A stretch of DNA of 14,997 nucleotides from an uncultured Pseudomonadota bacterium (lineage in GTDB: Bacteria > SAR324 > NAC60-12). Location of the stretch: the NCBI GenBank assembly GCA_913020725.1, contig CAJWCD010000092.1, forward strand, positions 1-14,997, read 5' to 3'. The position numbers and the translations under genes are program-made. Shown piece after piece: positions 1-6,952 of the stretch (its first letter is position 1; each line of letters starts with the position of its first letter). The notes under the pieces were generated by a model. It did no database searches and was not told where the DNA came from. It worked only from the letters and a program-made list of their open reading frames with translations.

Positions 1-44
1 AATCAGCTATTCTCAGGAATCAAACCACCTGTTGCACTTACGAG

Positions 45-300
45 TTGAATCCGCGCTTGGAGGATAGCTACAACGAGTCATTCAATGGGCTACTCATGAA
101 CGAACTGCTCAATGGAGAGATCTTCCATACGCTCAAGGAGGCGAAGATTCTTATTGAACAATGGCGGGTCCACTACAATACTGTGAGGCCTCACAGTGAT
201 TTGAAATGGAAACCTCCTGCTCCTGAATCATTGTTGCAATTCGATGAAACTAGTATGATAAACTAACATTCAACTTGGACCACTTAAAGGGGGCAGGTCA
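45..300 (+). mobile_element. IS3-family remnant: degenerate transposase OrfB C-terminus plus right terminal inverted repeat
   Basis: The translation YNESFNGLLMNELLNGEIFHTLKEAKILIEQWRVHYNTVRPHSDLKWKPPAPE matches the IS3 integrase-core tail (ESFNGxLRDELLN...WRxxYNxxRPHSxL), with several conserved residues altered. It stops at 266 and is followed by TGGACCACTTAAAGGGGGCAGGTCA ending at 300, an IS3-type end (TGACCTGCCCCC on the reverse strand). Confidence 0.88.
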
Positions 301-481
301 GTCATCTCTCCAATTTCTTTCGAGATGGCCTTGAATAATCTCTAACTTTATCTTTGATTCTATAGAGGATGACCTCATTTACATCGGTTAAGTGGAGCTG
401 CCGCATAATTCTTTAAGCAGGCAGTTCCTTGAGAAATACGCTTAGTTTTCGTTCACTGTAAAAGTTGATGAATAATTCAGG

Positions 482-1075
482 ATGAAGCAGGATATCGCGA
501 TCGTTGCCAATCATTATCAGAACGAGAACTGTCACCCGGATGGCAAGATCAAGGTTGGCATCGCCGCTGACAGCGCATGGCGCCAGAAACGCCTGGACAA
601 TGCCAAACGCCTCTTCGCGGGGGCCAGGCGCGCAGGTGTTCCGATCATCCATATCCGGCTTGCGGTGCCACCGGATTATCGCGGCGTGCCGGCCAATACA
701 GCGCTCATCAGGGAATGGGTCGAGCTCGGGTCCTGGCAGGAGGGGACATGGGGCGTGGAGTTTATCGATGGGCTGGAGCCCCGGAGGGACGAAATCGTTA
801 TCACCCATACCCGCAACAGCGCATTTTACAATTCTACCCTTGAAGAGGCGCTGTTCTCTCTTGGCATCCGCCGCCTGGTCTGCTGCGGCGTGTCGACGGC
901 CTATACGGTCGAAGGCACGGTCCGCCATGCGACCGATATCGGTTACGAGGTGGCGGTCGCCTCGGATGCCTGTTCCACCGCAACCCACCAACAGCATGAA
1001 AACGCGCTTGCAGCCATGCGCCCCCTCGCGGACATCATGACGGTGGATGAGATAATTGCCACATTTGAGGGTTAA
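482..1075 (+). CDS. Isochorismatase/cysteine hydrolase-family protein with non-canonical catalytic residues
   Basis: 197 aa. Family motifs are present: ARRAGVPIIH, GTWGVEFIDGLEP, RNSAFYNSTLEEALFSLGIRRL, GVSTAYTVEGTVRHATDIGYEVAVASDACS, HENAL. Confidence 0.9.
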   Translation: MKQDIAIVANHYQNENCHPDGKIKVGIAADSAWRQKRLDNAKRLFAGARRAGVPIIHIRLAVPPDYRGVPANTALIREWVELGSWQEGTWGVEFIDGLEPRRDEIVITHTRNSAFYNSTLEEALFSLGIRRLVCCGVSTAYTVEGTVRHATDIGYEVAVASDACSTATHQQHENALAAMRPLADIMTVDEIIATFEG

Positions 1076-1097
1076 TAATGTTGAGGAAGGTGAGCTT

Positions 1098-1982
1098 ATG
1101 ACAAGGGTCGGCTTCATTGGGCTTGGCGTGATGGGCGAGGCGATGTGCCGCAACATCGTGCGTTCGGCGCGTTACACGGTCAATGTTTTCGACCTGTCCC
1201 AGACGCCGGTCGCGCGTCTCGCGGCGGAGGGGGCGACGGCAATGGCAAGCGCCGCCGAACTGGTGGAGGCCAGCGACACAGTGTTGCTCTGTCTTCCAGG
1301 CGGGGCAGAGGTCGAGGCTCGGCTATACGGCGGTGAAAACCTGCTGATTGAACGGTTTCAGGGGGGACAGACGCTGGTTGACATGTCAACCAGCCCGCCT
1401 TTGCTCATGCGCAGGATTGAGGCGGACCTGCAGGCGCGTAGCGTTCGATTCGCCGATGCTCCCGTGGCCAGGACACGCCAGGCGGCGCTTGACGGCACGC
1501 TTGCGATCATGGTAGGAGGTGTCGAGGCGGTATTCTCTGAAATCGAACCGCTGCTTGCCACGATGGGGCGGGACATCATCCATTGCGGCCCGGCAGGAAG
1601 CGGACAAGTCGTGAAGATCATGAACAACATGGTGCTGTTCCAGACCGTGAATGCGCTGGCTGAGGCGGTATCCATCGCCGAGCACGCAGGCGTTGACGGG
1701 TCGGTCCTGTTCGATGTGATGAGCAAATCATCCGGCGATAGCTTCGCGCTCCGCAATCACGGGGTTAAAAGTCTTCTCCCGAACGATTATCCCGCACGTG
1801 CGTTCTCAGTCCGCTACGCCGCGAAGGATCTGTCCTATGCGCGTGAGTTGGCGGAAGCGTTCGGCCTGTCAGCCGAGGGTGCGGCCGCAACCGCGCGGGT
1901 ATTTGATGGTGCCTTGGCTGCCGGGGATGGTGATTTTTACTTCCCCGTAATACGGCGGTGCATTGAGAATGGCGGTACATGA
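1098..1982 (+). CDS. NAD(P)-dependent beta-hydroxyacid dehydrogenase (3-hydroxyisobutyrate dehydrogenase / tartronate semialdehyde reductase family)
   Basis: ATG at 1098 follows a purine-rich GAGGAAGG. Motifs: VGFIGLGVMG (Rossmann), DMSTS, FADAPVAR, GTLAIMVGG, GSGQVVKIMNN (catalytic Lys) and KDL. Confidence 0.92.
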   Translation: MTRVGFIGLGVMGEAMCRNIVRSARYTVNVFDLSQTPVARLAAEGATAMASAAELVEASDTVLLCLPGGAEVEARLYGGENLLIERFQGGQTLVDMSTSPPLLMRRIEADLQARSVRFADAPVARTRQAALDGTLAIMVGGVEAVFSEIEPLLATMGRDIIHCGPAGSGQVVKIMNNMVLFQTVNALAEAVSIAEHAGVDGSVLFDVMSKSSGDSFALRNHGVKSLLPNDYPARAFSVRYAAKDLSYARELAEAFGLSAEGAAATARVFDGALAAGDGDFYFPVIRRCIENGGT

Positions 1983-2121
1983 CTGGACAAAGACCATCGC
2001 ATACGATCTACATGATAGCTGAGTCGGAGACCTTTGAGGCTATTGACAAAATGCTTGATCCCATTTTGACCATACCGATGCTGTCATTACTCCAGTCATG
2101 CCTTTGGAGCCTGTGTCTTGA
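1979..2121 (+). pseudogene. Probable remnant of a small dimeric alpha/beta-barrel-type (DUF3303-like) gene, 5'-truncated and frameshifted
   Basis: ATG at 1979 overlaps the previous stop (ATGA) and reads MTGQRPSHTIYMIAESETFEAIDKMLDPILTI. A frame change near 2071-2076 continues as DAVITPVMPLEPVS* (TGA 2119-2121). Without the shift the ORF ends at TAA 2146 (55 aa). The family call is by recalled pattern only. Confidence 0.4.
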
Positions 2122-2131
2122 ATTGTGTTGT

Positions 2132-2157
2132 GGGGGGAATCACTAATGCCCCCCTTT
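2132..2157 (+). terminator. Possible intrinsic terminator hairpin between convergent units
   Basis: GGGGGG(2132-2137)-AATCACTAATG-CCCCCC(2149-2154), followed by only a short TTT tail. Confidence 0.4.
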
Positions 2158-2197
2158 CCTCTACCTCTCAGGCATCATCAGCCTTAGAGAGTGGGTT

Positions 2198-2464
2198 TCA
2201 TATAAGGTTCAACTGGCTGTCCAGCTCGGCGTAGGGGTGCTTCTGCGGGTGTGTCTGCCCTTCCGGCAACTGCCAATGCATGGGCAGGGTGGCGGTGGTC
2301 ACCAACCCAACAGTGCAGTCCGACAGAAGTTTGCTGAGAGGCGCAAACGGGACCTCTTGATGGTAGGGCCACTGGTAGGGCTGGGCATAGCCGTGGGCTG
2401 CGTAGTACTCGCGAGACTTGTCAATGTAGCTCACATAGGAGCGGCGGCTGCAGCGTTCGGGCAT
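2198..2464 (-). pseudogene. 3'-truncated glycine/sarcosine/betaine reductase component B-like (GrdB/PrdB-related) gene
   Basis: YIDKSREYYAAHGYAQPYQWPYHQEVPFAPLSKLLSDCTVGLVTTA resembles the N-terminus of this family (PFxPLxKPLSxxxVxLVTTA). The frame stops at 88 aa, and the sequence becomes more AT-rich near 2220. Confidence 0.65.
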
Positions 2465-2600
2465 GCGCGGTCTCTACAGAAAAATTCTCACTGATCAAGG
2501 GGAATCAGCTCAAGCGGTTGAAAACAATACGCCAGATTTGCTGGAAGAAAGCAACCAACTCCAGCAATCTTGCATGGGGAGTGGACCTCCGGGTTCCCTC

Positions 2601-3656
2601 TCAGGGCACAATCTTCAAGGTTCTCAATTCGGCCAGACGTTCCAGCAGTACCTGCTCACTGTCCACAAATTCCAGAAACCCTGCGCGCCTGCATTTGAAG
2701 GTGCTTGCCATCACGTCCCAGGTCGTTCCGAAAACGTAGTCCGCAAACCTCCACGACACGAGGTCCTCCAGCGGATTTGGCTCCAAGTCATGACGGGCAA
2801 TGAGTTCGTCCCAAAGGGAGTTGGCCTCCTGCATCCAATCCACCAGCGTCCTCGGCTCCACCCCGGCGGCTTCCATTCCAAACAGGTCTGCAATCTTGGG
2901 CCAGACATGACGCCAGCGGAAAAAGTCCCCATTAGTGATGTTGAACACCTCCCCAGCGGCCCGAGGTTCGATTCCCGCCCATTCAATGGACTGGGAAAGC
3001 AGGCCTGCATCGGTTGCTTGATAGATCACGTCAAAGGTGGCGGGTGCTCCAGGGAACGTCAGCGGCTCTCCTCTTGCCTTGAGGAGGCTCGCATAGACCC
3101 CGATGACAGCGATCAGGTTCTGTGGGGAATTTCGTGCTGGTCCCAAGACTACATGGGGACGCAGCGCCGTCCACGTCCACCCACACGCGGAGGAACGCTG
3201 GGTGAGGGCATCCTGCTGATCGTAGTAGTAATGCCCCTGAGGAATGCGGGGGTCCTCTTCTTTGGCCGGGGTCTTGAACGGCCCAAGGTAACTTCCGTAT
3301 GCTTTCATCCCCTGCAACAGAGTGACATGCCGGAGTGCGGGGCAGTGCCTTTCGATCAAATCCAGAGCGGAAGCAAAGAGTTCGCAATTGGGCTGTTGCT
3401 GAGCCTCCCAGTTCGGAGCGTCTACGAATGCGGCATAGACCATGTGGGTCACGGCCTCCAAGGCATTGGAGGAGAGAGTTACCTGCAAGATCAAGTCGAG
3501 GGCAAGGTGTCGGAGGTTGCTTGCCTGAACCCCCAATTCCCGCCGGGAGAGCGCCACCACGTCAACATCCTCCCGACCCGCAAGACTACGGACGTGTGCC
3601 CCTCCGATGACGCCGGTTGCGCCAATGACCAGAACAGTTTTCTTGCCGGATTCCAT
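2601..3656 (-). CDS. Atypical SDR oxidoreductase, progesterone 5-beta-reductase/iridoid synthase-like (PRISE) family
   Basis: 351 aa. Motifs: GATGVIG, ALSRR (NADPH preference), LQGMKAYG, YYYDQQD, WTALRPHVVLG, FNITNGDFFRW and KCRRAGF. Confidence 0.88.
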   Translation of the reverse strand: MESGKKTVLVIGATGVIGGAHVRSLAGREDVDVVALSRRELGVQASNLRHLALDLILQVTLSSNALEAVTHMVYAAFVDAPNWEAQQQPNCELFASALDLIERHCPALRHVTLLQGMKAYGSYLGPFKTPAKEEDPRIPQGHYYYDQQDALTQRSSACGWTWTALRPHVVLGPARNSPQNLIAVIGVYASLLKARGEPLTFPGAPATFDVIYQATDAGLLSQSIEWAGIEPRAAGEVFNITNGDFFRWRHVWPKIADLFGMEAAGVEPRTLVDWMQEANSLWDELIARHDLEPNPLEDLVSWRFADYVFGTTWDVMASTFKCRRAGFLEFVDSEQVLLERLAELRTLKIVP

Positions 3657-4050
3657 GGCTCGTTCAACCTTGCGAAAATCCCTTGTCCACCATCACCTCG
3701 ATCAGGTGAGGATCGGTCGTGAGTGAATTACAGTTCATATGTATGACTCAGGGACAGTCATCAGGACTCAAAATTCTTTTTCCTTCCTCCAACCCTAGTA
3801 CTTTCTGGGGAATCCTCTTAAAAAGAGACTGAATAGTCTCTCCTGAAGGATTTTCCAGTGTCGGTGAAGAACTTGCTATTCCAGCCTTCTTCATATTGAG
3901 GGCAGCAGGTCTGAACGAATCACTTCCCGGCAAGCAACCTCGAAACTTACTCGGCTATTACGAAAAAAGCGACGGTTGCAGTAAAACATGAACCAGATCG
4001 TTTCGCGATCCAGTCTGCCCACTGGCAAGGAAAAGCAAACGGAGGCTCCA

Positions 4051-4191
4051 TCAGAATTTTTCAGCAGACCCTAAGTACTTTGAAAATTCATGAGACACAC
4101 TGAGCCGCACAGCCAGAGACAATGCTCCAACCACAAGGCCTGCGCTCAGCGTGAGGACCAGAAAGAGTTTCCAAAAAAGCGGGAGTCGCAT
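4051..4191 (-). pseudogene. N-terminal fragment of a membrane sensor histidine kinase (BaeS/CpxA-like first TM helix) interrupted by an IS end
   Basis: Not in the ORF track. My translation is MRLPLFWKLFLVLTLSAGLVVGALSLAVRLSVSHEFSKYL (40 codons), then GSAEKF* read from the IS repeat. The KLFL-hydrophobic-R.S...F..Y pattern resembles BaeS-type N-termini. Confidence 0.6.
4054..4074. mobile_element. IS5-like terminal inverted repeat with adjacent YTAR target site
   Basis: The plus strand reads GAATTTTTCAGCAGACC (4054-4070) then CTAA (4071-4074). The reverse strand reads TTAG-GGTCTGCTGAAAAATTC. A GG-starting end next to a YTAR site is typical of IS5-group elements, and it lies exactly where a coding frame is cut. 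No partner repeat was found in the window. Confidence 0.6.
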
Positions 4192-4284
4192 GACGTGGCC
4201 GTTGGAGTACCCGGTCAAGATAGCAGGAAAATGTGGAGGGAATGTGTGGAAACCGCACTGCCCGCCAACTTGGGGAGTTGGCTC

Positions 4285-5058
4285 TCAGCGCAGCGTCAAG
4301 ACACCGTGCGTGATGGCGAAGTGGCAGGCTTCATCAAGGACGGGGTTGAGGTTCCCCTGAATTTCCTGAATGCGCCGGGACCGCTGGCACTCCCAGACAT
4401 CCACGGGGTCTTCGAGATGCCATGAATCGAGGGAGCGGCGCAGTTCGGCACTGATAAAGACAAAGTCCGGATAGACCCGGTCCATGTAGAAGAAGGTGCG
4501 GGCGACATCACCGCGCACATCGGCACCGGGTTCCAGCACCCCGTTTTGCACCTCAACATCGCAACTGCCAAAGTCGCGCTTCTCAAAGGGCAGGGGGCCG
4601 GTCGTGGTCCGGAGTCCCACCAGTTCGGCAATCATGGGCTGGAGGTTGTAGAGGTCGGCCTGCAACAGCCGGTAGCGCTTGCTCATTTTTTCCGCACAGC
4701 GACGCCCCCGGAAGGGCTGGCCCCGGCGGTTCTTGCACTTGGGGTGGCCTTTTTGCCATGCGGAGAGTTGCGTTCCAAACACCCGGAACGGCACCACGGG
4801 TGCCCACACGACCATGTACGCTGCCGTGTCCTGTTTTTTGGGAAGGTAGCCGCAGGAGGCGTGATTCGGAAAACCGCCCTTGTAGGCACATCCACAGAGG
4901 AAGGTTTGGGGGTGGTTTTTGTGGACACGCTCCAGCAGACGCTGGGCGCTATTCAGCGAGGAAATGCTGCGGTTGCCCTTGTCGGCCTGCGCGAAGGAGG
5001 CCGTCAACACGGCGAGCAAGCCGCAAGTGATCGAAAAGAAAGAGAGTCGTCTCAGCAT
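4285..5058 (-). CDS. Endonuclease I (EndA/Vvn)-family secreted protein, active-site residues substituted
   Basis: The likely start is ATG 5058 (257 aa), with a signal peptide MLRRLSFF...SFAQA. Motifs: TFLCGC, SCGY, WQKG, ADLYNLQP, FGSCD, RGDVARTFFYM, W..EDPVDVWECQRSRRIQEIQGNLNP. Confidence 0.88.
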   Translation of the reverse strand: MLRRLSFFSITCGLLAVLTASFAQADKGNRSISSLNSAQRLLERVHKNHPQTFLCGCAYKGGFPNHASCGYLPKKQDTAAYMVVWAPVVPFRVFGTQLSAWQKGHPKCKNRRGQPFRGRRCAEKMSKRYRLLQADLYNLQPMIAELVGLRTTTGPLPFEKRDFGSCDVEVQNGVLEPGADVRGDVARTFFYMDRVYPDFVFISAELRRSLDSWHLEDPVDVWECQRSRRIQEIQGNLNPVLDEACHFAITHGVLTLR

Positions 5059-5110
5059 GACTTCCGCAAGTGAGTTTTGAACACGGCTTCTCTTGCAGGA
5101 TGAGTGCCGA

Positions 5111-5683
5111 TCAGAGCCGCCCTTGCAGGTGCGCCTCCAGCAGGTCCATACGGTCCTGCCCAAAGAACTGCTCCTCGCCCACAAAAAACGCCGGAGCGCC
5201 ATAAGTTCCGCGCTTTGCCGCTTCTTCGGTCGCTTGAATCAGCGCGTCCTTGATCGGCTGGGTGCCTGCCGCCTCCACTGCCTCCGGTCCCGCCAGCCGA
5301 GCCACAACCTCAGGATCCGCCACGTCCTCGCCGCCCACCCAATACGCCCGGTAGAGCGCATGAGTCGCCTCCGGACGCTGTTCCTCGGCAACGGCGGTCA
5401 AAGCCCGTTGTGCCAAAATGGTGCGGGTCGGGAACTGTTTTGGAAATTGGTAAGGGATCTCGTAATACTTGGAGAGCCGCCTCAAATCCTTGCCGAGGTA
5501 CGGCTTCTTGAAGTCCTGAAGTCCGGGTGGGGTGTTGCCTGTGATTTTGTGCAATCCGCCCAGCAGAAACGGACGCCAGTGGATTTCCACACCGTTGCGC
5601 TCGGTCAAAGCTTCGATGCGCTCGGACGCGAGGTAGGAGTACGGACTCACAATATCGTAAAAGAATTCGATGGTTTTCGGCAT
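5111..5683 (-). CDS. 2-hydroxychromene-2-carboxylate isomerase / GST-kappa (DsbA-fold) protein
   Basis: IEFFYDIVSPYSYLA, WRPFLLGG, DLRR, GTYGAPAFFVGEEQFFGQDRM. An alternative GTG start lies at 5698. Confidence 0.9.
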   Translation of the reverse strand: MPKTIEFFYDIVSPYSYLASERIEALTERNGVEIHWRPFLLGGLHKITGNTPPGLQDFKKPYLGKDLRRLSKYYEIPYQFPKQFPTRTILAQRALTAVAEEQRPEATHALYRAYWVGGEDVADPEVVARLAGPEAVEAAGTQPIKDALIQATEEAAKRGTYGAPAFFVGEEQFFGQDRMDLLEAHLQGRL

Positions 5684-5694
5684 GATTTTGCTTC

Positions 5695-6078
5695 TCACTT
5701 CGTTTCGAGAGCAACAATGGCATCCACCAAAAACAGCACTCCGCCGGGCATTGCCGTTTGGACTGGAGTGCGGGCGGGGTAGGGTTCCTGAAGGTGTCGT
5801 TTGCAGAGTTCGTTCATCGCCGCAAAGTTCGCCAAATCGGAAACCAGCACCGTGAGTTTGACAATGCCGGACATCAAACCTCCCGCAGCTTCGACAACCT
5901 TGCGGAGGTTCTGGAACGCAAGTTCCGCCTGCTCATCAAAGGTTTCTCCGACCACCTGCCCTTCTGTGTCAAACGGTCCCTGTGCTGCCACATAAAGCAT
6001 GGGTCCACTGGCGACGATTCCGGGAGTGTACGGGCCTTTGGGGGCTGCGGAGTTTGGAGGCTGAATCGCTTGTTTCAT
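5695..6078 (-). CDS. RidA/YjgF/UK114 family protein
   Basis: ATG 6078 lies 4 nt after the sucD stop, giving 127 aa. Motifs: APKGPYTPG, QAELAFQNL, IVKLTV, FAAMNE and PYPART (Arg105 equivalent present). Confidence 0.9.
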   Translation of the reverse strand: MKQAIQPPNSAAPKGPYTPGIVASGPMLYVAAQGPFDTEGQVVGETFDEQAELAFQNLRKVVEAAGGLMSGIVKLTVLVSDLANFAAMNELCKRHLQEPYPARTPVQTAMPGGVLFLVDAIVALETK

Positions 6079-6082
6079 ACCA

Positions 6083-6952
6083 TCACCCGAGGACTGAAAG
6101 CATTTTTTCTCCGATTTCTGCGGGAGTTTGCACCACATGAATTCCTGCGGCCTGCAAGGCGGCCATCTTTTCCGAAGCCGTGCCGTGGCCTCCGGAGATG
6201 ATTGCCCCGGCATGGCCCATGCGCCGTCCTGGAGGGGCGGTTTGTCCTGCGATGAAACTGACGATGGGCTTGTTCATGTTCGCCTTGGCAAATGCAGCGG
6301 CTTGCTCTTCCGCGTCTCCGCCGATTTCCCCGATCATCACCACCGCCTCCGTGTCCGGGTCATTTTGGAAGAGACTGAGGCAATCAATGAAGTTGGTGCC
6401 GTTGACGGGATCGCCGCCGATGCCGATGCAGGTGGATTGCCCCAATCCGACACGGGTGAGTTGGCCGACGGCCTCGTAGGTGAGGGTTCCAGAGCGCGAA
6501 ACCACGCCGACTTTTCCGTGTTGGTGGATCATGCCTGGCATGATGCCGATCTTGCACTGACCCGGCGTGATGATGCCCGGACAGTTAGGACCGATCAACC
6601 GACACCCCTGAGTCCGGACAAAACGCACGGCCCGCACCATGTCCTGCACCGGAATGCCCTCCGTGATGGCGACGATGAGTGGGATTTGCGCCTCAGCAGC
6701 TTCCATGACTGCATCACCCGCGAAGGACGGCGGCACAAAGATCATGGTCGCGTCGGCCTCGGTTGCAGCCACTGCTTCGGCCACCGTGTTGAAAATGGGA
6801 ACTCCCTCGAATTCCTGGCCGCCCTTTCCGGGAGTCACGCCGCCGACGATGTTGGTGCCGTAGTCCCGGCAGCCCTTGGTGTGTAGCATCCCTTGAGAGC
6901 CAGTGATGCCCTGCACGAGCAGGCGGGTTGAGTTGTTGATCAAAACACTCAT
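6083..6952 (-). CDS. sucD: Succinyl-CoA synthetase subunit alpha
   Basis: [37 protein letters not shown] and RRMGHAGA (phospho-His). Confidence 0.98.
   Translation of the reverse strand: MSVLINNSTRLLVQGITGSQGMLHTKGCRDYGTNIVGGVTPGKGGQEFEGVPIFNTVAEAVAATEADATMIFVPPSFAGDAVMEAAEAQIPLIVAITEGIPVQDMVRAVRFVRTQGCRLIGPNCPGIITPGQCKIGIMPGMIHQHGKVGVVSRSGTLTYEAVGQLTRVGLGQSTCIGIGGDPVNGTNFIDCLSLFQNDPDTEAVVMIGEIGGDAEEQAAAFAKANMNKPIVSFIAGQTAPPGRRMGHAGAIISGGHGTASEKMAALQAAGIHVVQTPAEIGEKMLSVLG

Noticed and set aside
877..885. GGTCTGCTG as the partner of the IS5-like repeat
   Set aside because: Only 9 nt match, the site is inside an intact coding region, and there is no flanking YTAR.
413..1156. 247-aa minus-strand ORF and other long overlapping ORFs (e.g. 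5093-5782, 6128-6886, 9598-10374, 10224-11006)
   Set aside because: These are antisense or alternate-frame ORFs over well-supported genes, as expected in GC-rich DNA.
2050..2200. Selenocysteine read-through of the TGA ending the GrdB-like ORF (further in-frame TGAs follow)
   Set aside because: Family resemblance is already lost before the TGA. The read-through peptide (NPLSKADDA*EVEERG...) is not family-like and reaches TAA soon after. Truncation is the simpler explanation.
2463..3722. 419-aa plus-strand ORF
   Set aside because: It is an antisense shadow of the SDR gene and has no recognisable motifs.
3748..4050. 61-aa ORF (3748-3933) and a possible transposase tail (KLTRLLRKKRRLQ*, ending 3984)
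   Set aside because: There is no recognisable domain or DDE motif. It could be decayed IS interior, but I cannot support that from the sequence alone.
5059..5202. Longer N-terminal extensions given by the ORF track for the endonuclease (also for Rid, acyP, DUF1330 and the dehydrogenase)
   Set aside because: The extensions overlap neighbouring genes or lack family similarity. The downstream starts fit family N-termini and, in several cases, a ribosome-binding site.
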